From NCBI GenBank assembly GCA_020137815.1, contig CM035362.1, positions 1,488,001 through 1,552,000 of the forward strand: a stretch of 64,000 nt of DNA, given 5' to 3'. The translations under genes were made by a program, and so were the position numbers. The notes beneath the pieces are model-generated. The model saw only the letters and a program-made list of their open reading frames with translations, was not told the DNA's origin and did not search any database. This DNA comes from Hormiphora californensis. Lineage: Eukaryota > Animalia > Ctenophora. Positions 1 to 25,340 of the stretch are shown here, piece by piece. Position 1 is the stretch's first letter. Each line of letters opens with the position of its first letter.

Positions 1-11897
<11,897 letters not shown>

Positions 11898-12947
11898 CCT
11901 ACTAGGATAGAATGGTCAATGGTGAGGACTGAGGATATAGTTAATACTACTGGGATATAATGGTGAGAATTCAGGTAAAATAGAAATGCTAAATTTAAAC
12001 AGCACATTTCTGTGGACTGTCACAGTTACTTGAAAGCGACGGACGACATGAGTTATCAATGATACCACCCAGAATGTACATTGTCAGACACTGACTGTAC
12101 ACCTCGATGTACAACACCCAGAATGTACACTACCCACTGCAACCCAAGACAACGTAAAATTATTTATTGAGTAGTCAATGACCAGTCATGTATGTAGTTG
12201 TTAAGTTCTCTTAGCCCAGATACTGCACCATTCCAGTGTCAGCTTTTCACTGAGTCTCCCTTCGCAAATCGCAACCCTGGAAGCTATTCGTGCCCGGTCA
12301 AGAATCGAACCGTCGTCCCGTCGAGTGTATTATATCGGGTGTCCTTCGGTCACAGGTGGTCGGTCTGTGAGCCAACCGTTCACATAGAACTTTAAATGAG
12401 GGCCTCTGCCGTAGAGATGTTACTTGGTAAGGCGAGTTGAGCCGCTCTTCACACGAATGTGTCAATTCGTAGCGATAGAGACTAGTGTTGAGTGTGGTCG
12501 TTGTTAAAACCAAAGGGCTCAGCCTTCTTAGTTGTATAGAATTAATAATAATGATAATAATCTTAGTTCTTCCAAGTCGGAAAGTTGACTGTTGATTTCG
12601 AAGGGCAGAAAAACAGCGAGGTATATCTTGTAAATGTAAATTACGCATTTAATTTATGAGTGACTCAATAAGATATAAATGTTACATTGATTTGATTTGA
12701 TTTGATTTGAATAACGAATAAATTCCCAGGAAAATTAAAAGGTGCCAACGCACTCTCTCATCTCAGAATTCAGATAGATCGCATTCCGCGACGACTGACC
12801 AAAAACCTGATCAAAGTGATTTGCGGTCATTTAGGAGTAATTCGATTCCATGGCTATCAACACGGCAGAGACGGTTGATTTACGGCAGACAAATTAGAAG
12901 AAAGAGGAAATGAGAGTAAAAAAGCTTAAAAAGACAGAAAGAAAACT

Positions 12948-13291
12948 GGGCGCCGTTACGATCTGGGTGTTTGGTGGCCTGTTTATTGTTTACAGGTGTG
13001 CGCTGCATAAAAAGTTGATTCACTAAACATATCAGTTTCCCTCTCGGGCAGTTTATCGGATGAAGGATACCGATCAGCGAGCCAAATGAACACATGGTTC
13101 AGTGACCTGCCATCGAAAATGGCTCTAACCGCCAAACCACTCAACCTTTTTGGCTAATTCAAAGTTTATCTGGTAGGAAATGTCAAGGTCTAACCCCAAC
13201 CCAAACCCCAGCCCTAACACTGACCCTACTTTAGCCCTAACCCTGAAAAACCGTTTGTCAGTACTCACGAAACCAGATTTTAACGCTGGCC
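12948..13291 (+). mobile_element. Dispersed ~250-340 bp repeat with CCCTAA-like core (putative MITE)
   Basis: Shares GGGCGCCGTTACGATCTGG..CCAGATTTTAACGCTGGCC with three copies at 61617-62435. Confidence 0.75.
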
Positions 13292-14236
13292 AAGAAAGTT
13301 TCGTTTTGAAAGTTTCGTTTCGAAAAAACATCCATCTGCATCGCGCGGCAACGTTAAATTCAAAATAAGCGTGAAACACTTAAAAGTTCTCAATATGCAT
13401 CGCAGAAATTTTGAGTTTTTACGATCGCGCCCGGTTCGGAGTGTGCGACGCGATGTTTTTATTTCGGTCAAAATCACCAGAAAATTCTAAGCCCGAAGTT
13501 CAAAGTTGTGTTTTTTACTTTTTTGTCTGCTCTGTTTCTTCAGAATGATTGTTTAAAACTGCCTTAATAACTTGTTTTTAAATACGAAATGTTTGACTTA
13601 TGCGGTACGTACCCGGGGGCAGAACGTTTGGTACACCGTACACAGGGTGCCCGAGCCCCCTGCCCCGATCCCCTCCTTTAGACTCTACCCTCTGTGCCGA
13701 ATCCCTCAGTGCTTATTCGGTACACCGGAATTTGGTACACCGGGGGTCTTTCGAATTTTGCTGTTGAAACACCCAATACATGCAGACATCACAAATCTTT
13801 CTCCTCACGCAGAATAATGAAAATCTCACTTAGAAAATGGCAGTAACACTGAACGTTGCAAAACACACCTTAATTATTTTATTCGTGATGATCAATCAGA
13901 GCTTCTACTTCATTTTACCCTTTTGGCTTTTCCCCAAATAGCTAGCAAATGTTTTACTGATAGGGAGTGTTTATGTGTCAATCCCTGTAATGACAGAGAA
14001 CCAGTACCGGCCATCGCACCCTCCACTCCGCTGTGGACCAGGCATCAGCAACTTCCAAGGTTTTTAACTGCCTTTTGCGAAATACTGAATAGAGCGGCCC
14101 CCTTTTTAGGTCTAAAAACGGTAGCCCCACTTCGTTGACCACCACTTCTTTTTTCCCACAAATCCCATACTTGGGACATATTTTGTACACCCACCCCGAC
14201 TCTTACATTTCAGATGTTCTCTACACCGATAACACT

Positions 14237-16182
14237 ATGAACAGCCAGTACCCTCCGCCGGGATACTCCACCGCACAGGTTTGTATGTGACTTTAGTTAA
14301 ATCATAATCATGTTTAATCTCGGACCAATGGTATCTATCTTTTCAACAATCCACTAAACTCGCTATCATGTTTGTTAAAAATTTCAATGGAATTATAATA
14401 TTCTGAATAATGAAATGTGATCAAGAATATTTATAATAAATATGTTAATATTTCTTACAGGTCCAGTTTTTCTCGTCCACGCCAAGCAGTGCATCTGCCC
14501 AGGATCACGGTCACTCAGGATCCAAACAACACCAACAACAACAACAACGGTCAAGCAGCGAAGAATACTCGAGTGATGGCAGTCTGGAGATCAACGAGGA
14601 GCTGTTCTACGACATAAAACTGGAAAATAACGACAGCAACAGCTATGTTGAGGACCCGCGAAAGGAGGTAAATAGGATGCGATCGGAGGGGTACCGTGCT
14701 AAACTATCCGACTCACAGAAACGCGAAGTACGAGAGAAACAGCGGATGAAACAGCAGGAACGAAGGCTGACAGAGTCCTCGGAGGAACGAGGTAAACGGT
14801 TGGCGAGAAGTGCTGAGAGACAGAGGATGAAACGGCAAAACATGACAGATGAGGATAAGGCTAAGTTACGGGAGTTAAATAAAATGAGGACGAGAGAAAG
14901 GCGGGCTAACGAGACGGAGGAACAGCGGGAGTATCGGAAAATAAAGACAGAGTGAGGATGAGGGAAAAAAGAGCGCTAATGAGGCAGGTGAAGGAGTATG
15001 GTCCTGACATTGTGGCTCACAATTGTGTCAAAATGGTGGACCTCCAGAACACTAACCTGGTTAACAGTGAGTCGGGAAATATCACTATCACAGTTCCACC
15101 ATCCATTCTCTACAACACTTCCAGTGCCACGGAGAAGTTGCTGGCGGCCCAGACAGCAGGAGGGAGACATCCCATTCCACCGCCCCCGTTGGAACCAAAA
15201 CAAGAGCCTCGTGAGGACTCCTCCCTGCAGTCAATACCGCCCCTCCCCACGAATGTTCCCAACTCATTCCTCCAGAATATCTCTCTTGCCCCCACCAAGG
15301 CGTCTCCTCCTCCCCCACCCCCGGCTGCCATACCCCACATTGCCCAGTCGTGGCCCCAAACAAAACCCACGATCCCTCCTCTCATCAACTTCTCCCACCA
15401 CACCACTCCAAATAATAACAACAACTCCTCGTCCTCGAGTTCGACGGCTTCCGTGGCAGCTCCCCCGCAACACCCCACGAGAGGAGGGGGAGGGGGTGAT
15501 CCGGGTACCAATACCGCTCTGTACTCTCTAGCCAGGGAGTTCCTGACGAACGAACACCAGAAATATCTGGTGCAGTTGGAGAAACAACGGATAAGAAGTC
15601 GGATGAGGAGGCAGAATGAGACGCCTGAACAACGGGCCCTTCGACTCCAGAAGGAGGCACTGCGGCAGAGGATAAAACGAAACAGTCTCAGTGGTAATGA
15701 TAAGGTGAAAACTAACGAGGTTAAGAAGTTACAGGCCCGGAAACGAAGGATCGGAAGGAGCTGCCTAATCAACGGGACTGCCAGACGATTACGGGAGAAG
15801 CTGAGACGTCGGGAACAGAGACACGGGATGCGTATCAAATTACAACGGCATAATGTTCGAGATATAATCCGGGAGGGTGTTCGGGATATTATCAGAGAGG
15901 GAATGAGAGAGTCTCCTTCATCCAATGCTCCTTCATCAACCCATCAGCAACATCATCATCATCATCATCACCAACATGATCACCAACAACAACAACAAAC
16001 CGGTGAGTCAGGATGATAGTCAGAGCGAGGAAGAGGAGGAAGAGGAGGAAGAGGAGGGTGATGAGGGCCAGGGGGGAGAGGAGGAGGGGAGTGAAGAAGA
16101 TGAGGATGGCAGTGAGTCAGATGCATCAACCACTTACTCACCTGACCAAACGGAGCAACAGATAATTCTTGATAAGTCGTAA
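14237..16182 (+). CDS. Putative nucleic-acid-binding protein with two STPR-type (23-aa) repeat clusters, Pro/His/Gln-rich linkers and acidic tail; contains apparent frameshifts
   Basis: Exon 14237-14278, then an exon from 14461. 23-aa units ESSEERGKRLARSAERQRMKRQN, MTDEDKAKLRELNKMRTRERRAN, ETEEQREYR.., ETPEQRALRLQKEALRQRIKRNS. Frame breaks at ~14940 and ~16000. Confidence 0.75.
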
Positions 16183-16830
16183 TGAAGAACTGATAGGAGC
16201 TAAACCTATATATTTGGGACAATCAATCTAATCTGGTTTTGCTAAGCAGTCATGCGTTCTTGAGTTAACTCATGAAACTGCGTGTAGATATATATATCTC
16301 AGGATGAAACTGTTTGGTGATGATGTCCGGGGGGAATGTATGTATAGTGGTATACAAATTCTGTGAACAATTATACAGCAGCATGACACACTTAGGTCAC
16401 CAACAAGTTTTGAGATTGTGTTATTTAAGATGGAGTGTTTTATCTGTCCAAGGAAAGGAGGGAGAGAGGAAAATAGGGAGGCAAGATGAGAGACGGAGTA
16501 AGAGAGAGACATAGGGTGAGAGTCGAGAAAGTGAGTGAGAGAGAGAGTCGAGAAAGTGAGTGAGAGGGTGTATTACCGTACATTTTCCCTTCTTGTGACT
16601 CTCTGCTTGAGTACTGAGGTGAGGCCGAAGGGTGAAAAATTATATTTGTCTTCTTCTTTTTTCTAAAGATTTCGTTCTCCTCTTTTAGTAGCAACTCTTG
16701 AACAGAAACCATTTAGAAATTAAGTTTGTTTAAGTTAAAGTTAACAATAACTACCCCTTTTCTGAAGTTTGTGACAGTTTCCAAGTGTGCAAGTTATGTT
16801 TATTATCTCTGTGTGTTTCTTCCTCTAAAG

Positions 16831-16933
16831 CAGGAACCGACCGAATCAGGAAATACTGGTCCCTGATTGGCTGATAACCAGTCACGTGACCTAAATAACG
16901 AGTTGGTTGTTTACTTGTGTCGGTCGGTTCCTG
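16831..16933 (-). mobile_element. hAT-type MITE (CAGGAACCGACCGA family)
   Basis: TIRs present; ~8-bp TSD CTCTAAAG/CTCTTAAG. Confidence 0.85.
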
Positions 16934-17381
16934 CTCTTAAGGTAGTGCACCAATACGGTATAGTAGATATGATATCTCAAACAATCGGAGAAGAATGGTT
17001 AAAACAGCCCAATTGCATGTGTGTGTGTGTGATGTTCAAGTTATTCTTTTTGTAAATTGTTCCCCTCTATGTTGAATGTACACAACTTATTGTAACAATA
17101 TCTCTCTCTTGTGACTGAGGAGTTGAAGTGTTTTACTGACCTTGTCCCCAATTTCCTTCCCATTTCCTTTACTCTTTCATACTGTCTCGACATCTGTACC
17201 CTGCTCCCTGATCCAAATGTACCAAAACCTTTTTCTCTCTACCCCTCCATACTCGACAGTAGACCTCTATCCCCGTCCCCATAGCTCTCTCTCCCTCTAT
17301 ATATCTTTATCTCTCTATAGCTCCATCCCCCTAGCTCTCTATCCCTCTATATCTCTATATCTCTCTATAGCTCAATCTAGG

Positions 17382-20300
17382 ATGCAAGTGGGAACGACCA
17401 CTGTTGAGAGTAATCCCAACGCCAACTATCTAGAAAGCAGGTGAGTTTGGGTAGGGGGTACACCTGGCGTTTTTTATCATCGTTTGCCCAACCAAATGAC
17501 TTCACCAGGGTTCATTCATTTTATTCCATATATCCCAATTTTAAAGCCGTTTTTGCACTCTTTTGTTGTCACCCATATTTGTAAAAAGAAAAGAAGGTTC
17601 TATAAAACAGCGTACAAACAGAACGACGAAACTACAAAGAGCCAAATTGTGTACCATGTGACATACAGACACACCTACAAAGAAAAGCACTGAACACACA
17701 CAAACACACACACACAAAGCCACAAAATATGTGCGTGTGCGTGTCTCCATCTCTCTGTATTATATGTATCTTTCCACATCTTTATACCACTTTGTTTGTG
17801 TGTGTGTGTGTCACAATTCTTTTTTGAACTTGAAGACAGGGTTCTAGCCTTTCTTTATCAGAAGATAGGTATGCGTAGTCGTTGATATGTATAATGTATA
17901 TCTAGGCCTTAGAGGGTATAATGATAGATATGAAATATTTATGGTGCAGTAATAAAAGTTTCGGTATGTTTTATATCAGGAATATTACAAAAATGGGCTC
18001 CGGGCGCTTGCCAGCGCTATGACTAGAACATCCAATAAGCATCATTCTGCTAAATAAAATAAGATACTTTTTCTCTCACCCAGTCTTCATGATCAAAATA
18101 TTATTTAATCCAATCCGGAATTCCAGATCCTTTTGAGATATTTCTCAACAACTTCTTTTTACTAGTAGATACTAGATACCCATATATACCCATACGGTGA
18201 TAGCTAAATTGTGCTTGTGTGTTTTTACCCAACTTCTTTTCAGATATTTCTGGGTAGCTTACACGGCGTCCGTATGTTTCCTGCACCTCATCTGTTCCTG
18301 CTTCCCATTTATTAGTGTATCCGCTGGGTGGCTCTGCACTCTCAACGTTCACAACATTGTAAGTGTTGGAATAGAAACTTTCCTTTAGAGTTTGAGATAT
18401 AACTAGTCTAGTGAAAACATGTTTTGACCCCCGAAATTTTTGATGCATTTGTAATTCCTTCACCAAAATGTCCTCAAAGGCCTTATGGGTGAGATCCCAA
18501 AAGTCTACCAACCAACTCCTGGGGGAAGTACCCTTAATTGGCCCTAATTGGCTTGATGGTATAACTCGCCAATTTTACTAACTCAGCTCTGGAGCGTCGT
18601 AGAGACCTTTCATTGGTCGCAATCGATCCGGAATATACGATTTTATATTAGTGCTATGAAGGTCCGAAGTCGCTATCTCTAACCGTTTAGCCGCTAATTG
18701 GATTTAACTGATTGATTGGACTTAATTGGCACCCTCGTATCTCAGCTCAGGGACATCGTAGAGACTTTTCATTGGTCGGAAACTGACCGGAATGTGCAAG
18801 TTTATATCAGTGCTATGAAGGTCCAAAGTCGCTATCTCCAACCGTTTAGCCGGAAATCGAACTTCTTTAAAACCGTTTTGCACATGGTTATTGGGTTTGT
18901 AAGATTTTCTGTTTCTCAGCTCAGGAGCGTCGTAGAGACTTGATTCCGGTTGCAAACGAACCGGAATACCCAAGTTTATATTGACGCTATGAAGGTCCGA
19001 AGTCGCTATCTCCAACCAATTAGCCGCAAATTGGACTTAATTGACCTTAATTGGGCTAAATAGCCAAATAGACCGCAAATTAGTGGCAAAATGTGTAACA
19101 AGCTAGTTCCTTCACTAAGTGACCCTAATCGGTCCCCCAAATCACCAAAAAAATTCCTGGCCGATCGGAGTTGCAGAAGACCCTTATTTCCGGGTGGGCG
19201 TGGCACCAGTATTTTCAGGCAGATGCCAAAAACGTAACTTTCCTTTGGGAAGGAGTAGAGACAAATCTAAGGACACTAAAATGCGTAGCGTCCTCGCATT
19301 AGTGGGGGTAGACGCCCATAAAAAGTTCCTATCTCATTTTGTTAATTGGTTAATTAGATAATTAGTTGTGTGCATAGCCATATTTCCGATATTATACGGT
19401 TTAAATGGCTCAGCCATGAATAAGGACCTGCTTTTGACCGCTGAATACGATTATGAGCAATATAATGGAACTCAGAGGTGTGAAAAGTGTCTTAGTTAGG
19501 CATAATTGGATATAATTGGGCATAATTGGGTACGTTGACCAGATCTTATCTTACTAGGTACACCCTAAAACCCACTTAAATATCTCCCAAGACTCTTATC
19601 TCCCAAGACTCTTATCTCCCAGAACCCGGTCAGAGCCTCCTAAATACCCCTCAGACATTTCTAGATACTCCTCCGATCCTTTAGATACCCTCAGAGTGGC
19701 CTCCGACTCTGAGGCTCAGAGGCCACTAGATACCCCCTAGAATCACTCGTATGTGTCAACCACATCGTATTGACGTCACCCAGCGCCCTCAGAATCCACT
19801 AGATGCCACTCAGACCGTACTGGATACCCCTCAGACCCTACCTGATACATATCCGACCGTGGTAGATACCATCAAACCCTACATGATACCCGTCAGAAAC
19901 TACTAGATACCCTAAGACTACCTGATACCCCTCTGACCCTCCAATATAACTCTTAGACCATGCTAGTTATCTCTCTGACTCTACCTGACATACCTCAGGC
20001 CGTGCTAAATGGCCCTGTGACTCTACTTGATACCCCTCAGACCCTACTAGATACGTATTACCTCTCAGACCATAAAAGATGCCCCTTAGACCATGCTAGA
20101 TATTACCAATATACGCCTTAGACCCTGCTAGATACTCCCATATCCAACTAGCTACACCTTAGACTTTTATAGATATCTCTTAGGCACTTCTAGACGCGCC
20201 AGACTCTATTAGACATCTCTCATACCCATCTAGAAGCCCTGAAACCCTTCTAGAACCCCTGAGGGCCTGACTAAGGCGTAAGCATATACCCCTCATACCC

Positions 20301-22456
20301 TTCTAAAAACCCTTTTGACCCTAACTAGTAGTAAAAGTGTCTAAAAGTGTCTTGAGGGTATTTAGTGGAGGCTGATGGGGATCTAGTAGAGTCTGACGCC
20401 TTTTTAGTGAGATTCAGAATCTACTAGATGCCCCTCAGACTGTGCTATATACCACTCAGACTCTACTAGATACTTTTAGAGCCAATTGGATACCCCTCAT
20501 AATCAACTAGATGCCATTCAGATTATGTTACTTTAGAGCTAAGAGTCTTGTAGATACATCTGTGAACATGCTAGTTTTGGTAATAAGGGGTTTCTAGAAG
20601 TGTATGAGGGGTATTTAGGATGCCCTGATGGGTTCTTGAAGGACATAAGAGATATCAAAAAATGTTTGGGGGCGTCTAGAAGTACATAAGAGATATGGTC
20701 CAAGGTGTAGCTAGTTGGATCTGGTAGTATCTAGGAGGGTCTGAGGCGTATATTAGTAGTTTCTAGCAGGGTCTCAGGGGCATCTAGTAGGATCTCAGGG
20801 GCGTCTAGTAGCCAGTAGGGTAGACGGGCATCTAAAATGGTCTATATGTTGTATTGGAGGGTCAGAGGGGTATCAGGTGAGATATTACTAGGGTATCTAA
20901 TAGGGTCTGAGGGGTATCCAGTACGGTCTGAGTGGCATCTAGTGGATTCTGAGGGCGCTGGGTGACGTCAATACGATGTGGTTGACACATACGAGTGATT
21001 CTAGGGGGTATCTAGTGGCCTCTGAGCCTCAGAGTCGGAGGCCACTCTGAGGGTATCTAAAGGATCGGAGGAGTATCTAGAAATGTCTGAGGGGTATTTA
21101 GGAGGCTCTGACCGGGTTCTGGGAGATAAGAGTCTTGGGAGATAAGAGTCTTGGGAGATATTTAAGTGGGTTTTAGGGTGTACCTAGTAAGATAAGATCT
21201 GGTCAACGTACCCAATTATGCCCAATTATATCCAATTATGCCTAACTAAGACACTTTTCACACCTCTGAGTTCCATTATATTGCTCATAATCGTATTCAG
21301 CGGTCAAAAGCAGGTCCTTATTCATGGCTGAGCCATTTAAACCGTATAATATCGGAAATATGGCTATGCACACAACTAATTATCTAATTAACCAATTAAC
21401 AAAATGAGATAGGAACTTTTTATGGGCGTCTACCCCCACTAATGCGAGGACGCTACACATTTTAATGTCCTTAGATTTGTCTCTACTCCTTCCCAAAGGA
21501 AAGTTACGTTTTTGGCATCTGCCTGAAAATACTGGTGCCACGCCCACCCGGAAATAAGGGTCTTCTGCAACTCCGATCGGCCAGGAATTTTTTTGGTGAT
21601 TTGGGGGACCCATTAGGGTCACTTAGTGAAGGAACTAGCTTGTTACACATTTTGCCACTAATTTGCGGTCTATTTGGCTATTTAGCCCAATTAAGGTCAA
21701 TTAAGTCCAATTTGCGGCTAATTGGTTGGAGATAGCGACTTCGGACCTTCATAGCGTCAATATAAACTTGGGTATTCCGGTTCGTTTGCAACCGGAATCA
21801 AGTCTCTACGACGCTCCTGAGCTGAGAAACAGAAAATCTTACAAACCCAATAACCATGCGCAAAACGGTTTTAAAGAAGTTCGATTTCCGGCTAAACGGT
21901 TGGAGATAGCGACTTTGGACCTTCATAGCACTGATATAAACTTGCACATTCCGGTCAGTTTCCGACCAATGAAAAGTCTCTACGATGTCCCGGAGCTGAG
22001 ATACGAGGGTGTCAATTAAGTCCAATCAATCAGTTAAATCCAATTAGCGGCTAAACGGTTAGAGATAGCGACTTCGGACCTTCATAGCACTAATATAAAA
22101 TCATATATTCCGGATCGATTGCGACCAATGAAAGGTCTCTACGACGCTCCAGAGCTGAGTTAGCAAAATTGGCGAGTTATACCATCAAGCCAATTAGGGC
22201 CAATTAAGGGTACTTCCCCCAGGAGTTGGTTGGTAGACTTTTGGGATCTCACCCAGAAGGCCTTTGAGGACATTTTAGTGAAGGAATTACAAATGCATCA
22301 AAAATTTCGGGGGTCGACCCCTTTTTTTACACGTTTTCACTAGACTATAACAGGAAGCCCTTGCAAAACCAATTTGTTTGCTGATTATATGTGTATTTAT
22401 TCTCTTCGATCCCACTCACTTTCATGTTACATTTCTTCGTCATTAGCCTCAAACTA

Positions 22457-22519
<63 letters not shown>

Positions 22520-22615
22520 CTCTCTCTCTCTTCTCTCTCATCTCTCTCCCTCCTCTCCACTCTCTCTCTCTCTCTCTCTCCTTCTCTCTCTCTCTCCTCT
22601 CTCACTCTCTCCCTC

Positions 22616-22668
<53 letters not shown>

Positions 22669-24031
22669 TCTCTCATTTTTCTACTCAACTGTCAAAGTTT
22701 CTCTTTTTCACAAACACACGCTCTTCACTGTCACACGCTATTCAATGTCCCCAAGTACTATAGAATTTTCATATAATACAATAAATTATAATGGTTGACA
22801 ACCATTGGTTGTGTAGGACATGAGCGTGTATATCGTGTTATTATTATTACCCCTTCCTTTTCCTCAGGGTAACTTCCTAGTCCTTCACTATCTCCCCTTC
22901 ATCTCCTTTTCCTCAGGGTAACTTCCTAGTCCTTCACTATCTCCCCTTCATCTCCTTTTCCTCAGGGTAACTTCCTAGTCCTTCACTACCTCCCCTTCAT
23001 CTCCTTTTCCTCAGGGTAACTTCCTAGTCCTTCACTATCTCCCCTTCATCTCCTTTTTCCTCAGGGTAACTTCCTAGTCCTTCACTATCTCCCCTTCATC
23101 TCCTTTTCCTCAGGGTAACTTCCTAGTCCTCCACTATCTCCCCTTCATCTCCTTTTCCTCAGGGTAACTTCCTAGTCCTTCACTACCTCCCCTTCATCTC
23201 CTTTTCCTCAGGGTAACTTCCTAGTCCTTCACTATCTCCCCTTCATCTCCTTTTCCTCAGGGTAACTTCCTAGTCCTTCACTATCTCCCCTTCATCTCCT
23301 TTTCCTCAGGGTAACTTCCTAGTCCTCCACTATCTCCCCTTCATCTCCTTTTCCTCAGGGTAACTTCCTAGTCCTTCACTATCTCCCCTTCATCTCCTTT
23401 TCCTCAGGGTAACTTCCTAGTCCTTCACTATCTCCCCTTCATCTCCTTTTCCTCAGGGTAACTTCCTAGTCCTTCACTATCTCCCCTTCATCTCCTTTTC
23501 CTCAGGGTAACTTCCTAGTCCTCCACTATCTCCCCTTCATCTCCTTTTCCTCAGGGTAACTTCCTAGTCCTCCACTATCTCCCCTTCATCTCCTTTTCCT
23601 CAGGGTAACTTCCTAGTCCTCCACTACCTCCGTGGGTCGCCCTTTGGGGGTGGTGACCAGGGTGAGGCGAGACTCCTCACACACTGGGAACAAATCAACC
23701 ATGGAAAACAGTGGACCAACACTCGCAAGTTCCTCATCATATTTCCTGTTGTCTTGTAAGTATGTTTTGGAAAACCTTAGATGATAAAATCTATTGAAGG
23801 ACGAGTGAATTGTCTCCTCAGCTCCTGGATCATCAAATCTCCCTTCTTCATTAATCCCCCCCAGCACTAACCAAATCTCCCTCCTCCTCCTACAGGTTCA
23901 TTTTGTGTCAGCATTACTGTAACTACGACTTTGAAGTCCTCCTCCTTTCAACCCCATCATTCCTCCTTCAATTCATCCCCAAACAGCCATTCATGCACGC
24001 AAAGCGTCTCTTTGGAATCAACCAATATTAG
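17382..24031 (+). CDS. ORMDL: ORM1-like protein (sphingolipid biosynthesis regulator), 153 aa
   Basis: Exons 17382-17440, 18244-18358, 23604-23755 and 23896-24031 sum to 462 nt: MQVGTTTVESNPNANYLESRYFWVAY..LHYLRGSPFGGGDQGEARLLTHWEQINHGKQWTNTRKFL..KRLFGINQY*. Confidence 0.96.
18404..22347. mobile_element. 3.9-kb foldback-type element in ORMDL intron 2
   Basis: ~1.44-kb near-perfect inverted arms (18404-19840 / 20901-22347) containing ~140-170-bp subrepeats; the centre is made of degenerate CTAGATACCCCTCAGACC units in both orientations; no transposase. Confidence 0.9.
22857..23630 (+). repeat. 49-bp tandem array (16 copies) of the ORMDL exon-3 acceptor plus exon start
   Basis: Unit CTCCCCTTCATCTCCTTTTCCTCAG|GGTAACTTCCTAGTCCTTCACTAT; the last copy runs into the true exon at 23604. 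Confidence 0.95.
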
Positions 24032-24817
24032 TAGGACGTGGGGAGAGATAAGGATCGACCAACACTAGGGGTTATCTTTGTATTGTCCTGGTGGTGAGAA
24101 ACTGATTTGAAATCTGTTTTTGTAATAGGAACTTTTGTGTAGAACGCAGGTTATATGTTTTCAGTGTGTAAGATTTTTAATTAGTTTTGGGTCTGATTTA
24201 TATGTTTTGGTTCATCTTTTTGGGAAGTTTTATATTGACAAACGATTGAAAAATCAGTGAATAATTTATAGTGCAAATAATTTATAGAGAGTCAAAGTAC
24301 ATGGCTTTGTGCACAAAAATAAAATAAGAGATAGGAAAGAACGGAGAGATGTGCGGAAAGATTTCGATAAAAAGGTTAGAATTAGTAAAAGATATATTTA
24401 GAAAGTGAATGTGGTTTCATAAGGAACTGAAGATCTTAATTGAGTACAATGTAATGTGCAATTGATTTGCAAGTTTTTCATAAAAAGTCTCGTGTTTTAA
24501 TAATCAGTTCAAAGGGCACTTTAGATCACAGAGCAAATCATCCTTTTCAACATCCTGAAAGTGCCCTTTGAATAAATGACATAAATACAACAATTGTTTT
24601 TCAATTTCTGACAACCACTTCCTAGTTCCTATATAGGTTGGTTATTCTGACTTTCTACCAGTCCATCTGGAAACCTGAATCATCCATCTGGAAACTTCCT
24701 AGTTCACATCACCACCACTCTTGTATAGATGCTACAACAAAACGAAGAGCTGTAGCCCATTGTTTCTAAATCCTTCTAAATCCTCCCATCGTCTTGAGAG
24801 AGAAAGACCCCATCATC

Positions 24818-25290
24818 ATGTCTTATGGATGTATGAGAGCGATGAACTGCCGCAACAAGGGAAATGTGGTTTGCCTTCTTTGTCTCCTCGTGGCACTCAC
24901 CACAACTCTAATCCTCCTCGCTGTATACTTCACTCCTAACCAGCTTTACGGGGCGCAGTTTGTAGCGGGAAAGTGTGTTTTTATGGTGGATTTTGATGAC
25001 AGAGTAGTGAGCAGTGAAAGTTCGGTTACTTGTTCCTATCAACAAGCCAGACGATACCGGGGAACTGATGGAGTATGTGGATATATATTATCCTGTGTAT
25101 GAGAGTCCATGCCCGGTGGTACTAGAGAAGGGGTCGGATCACAGTGCTGTTGGTTTTCTATCACGAGATGCAAAGGCTGCTAAAAAGGGTTGTCTATCGC
25201 TAGCCAGCCAGTGTTCTTTTAGTAGTTCGTCATGTATTGAGGGGAAGGGGGTCGAGGTAAGGAGAGAGACGAGGAGAGGAGAAGGTAGAG

Positions 25291-25340
<50 letters not shown>

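Noticed and set aside
18716-22025. Mirror-image ORFs in the foldback arms (also 45474-46641)
   Set aside because: Short, no transposase motifs, and duplicated only because of the inverted repeat.
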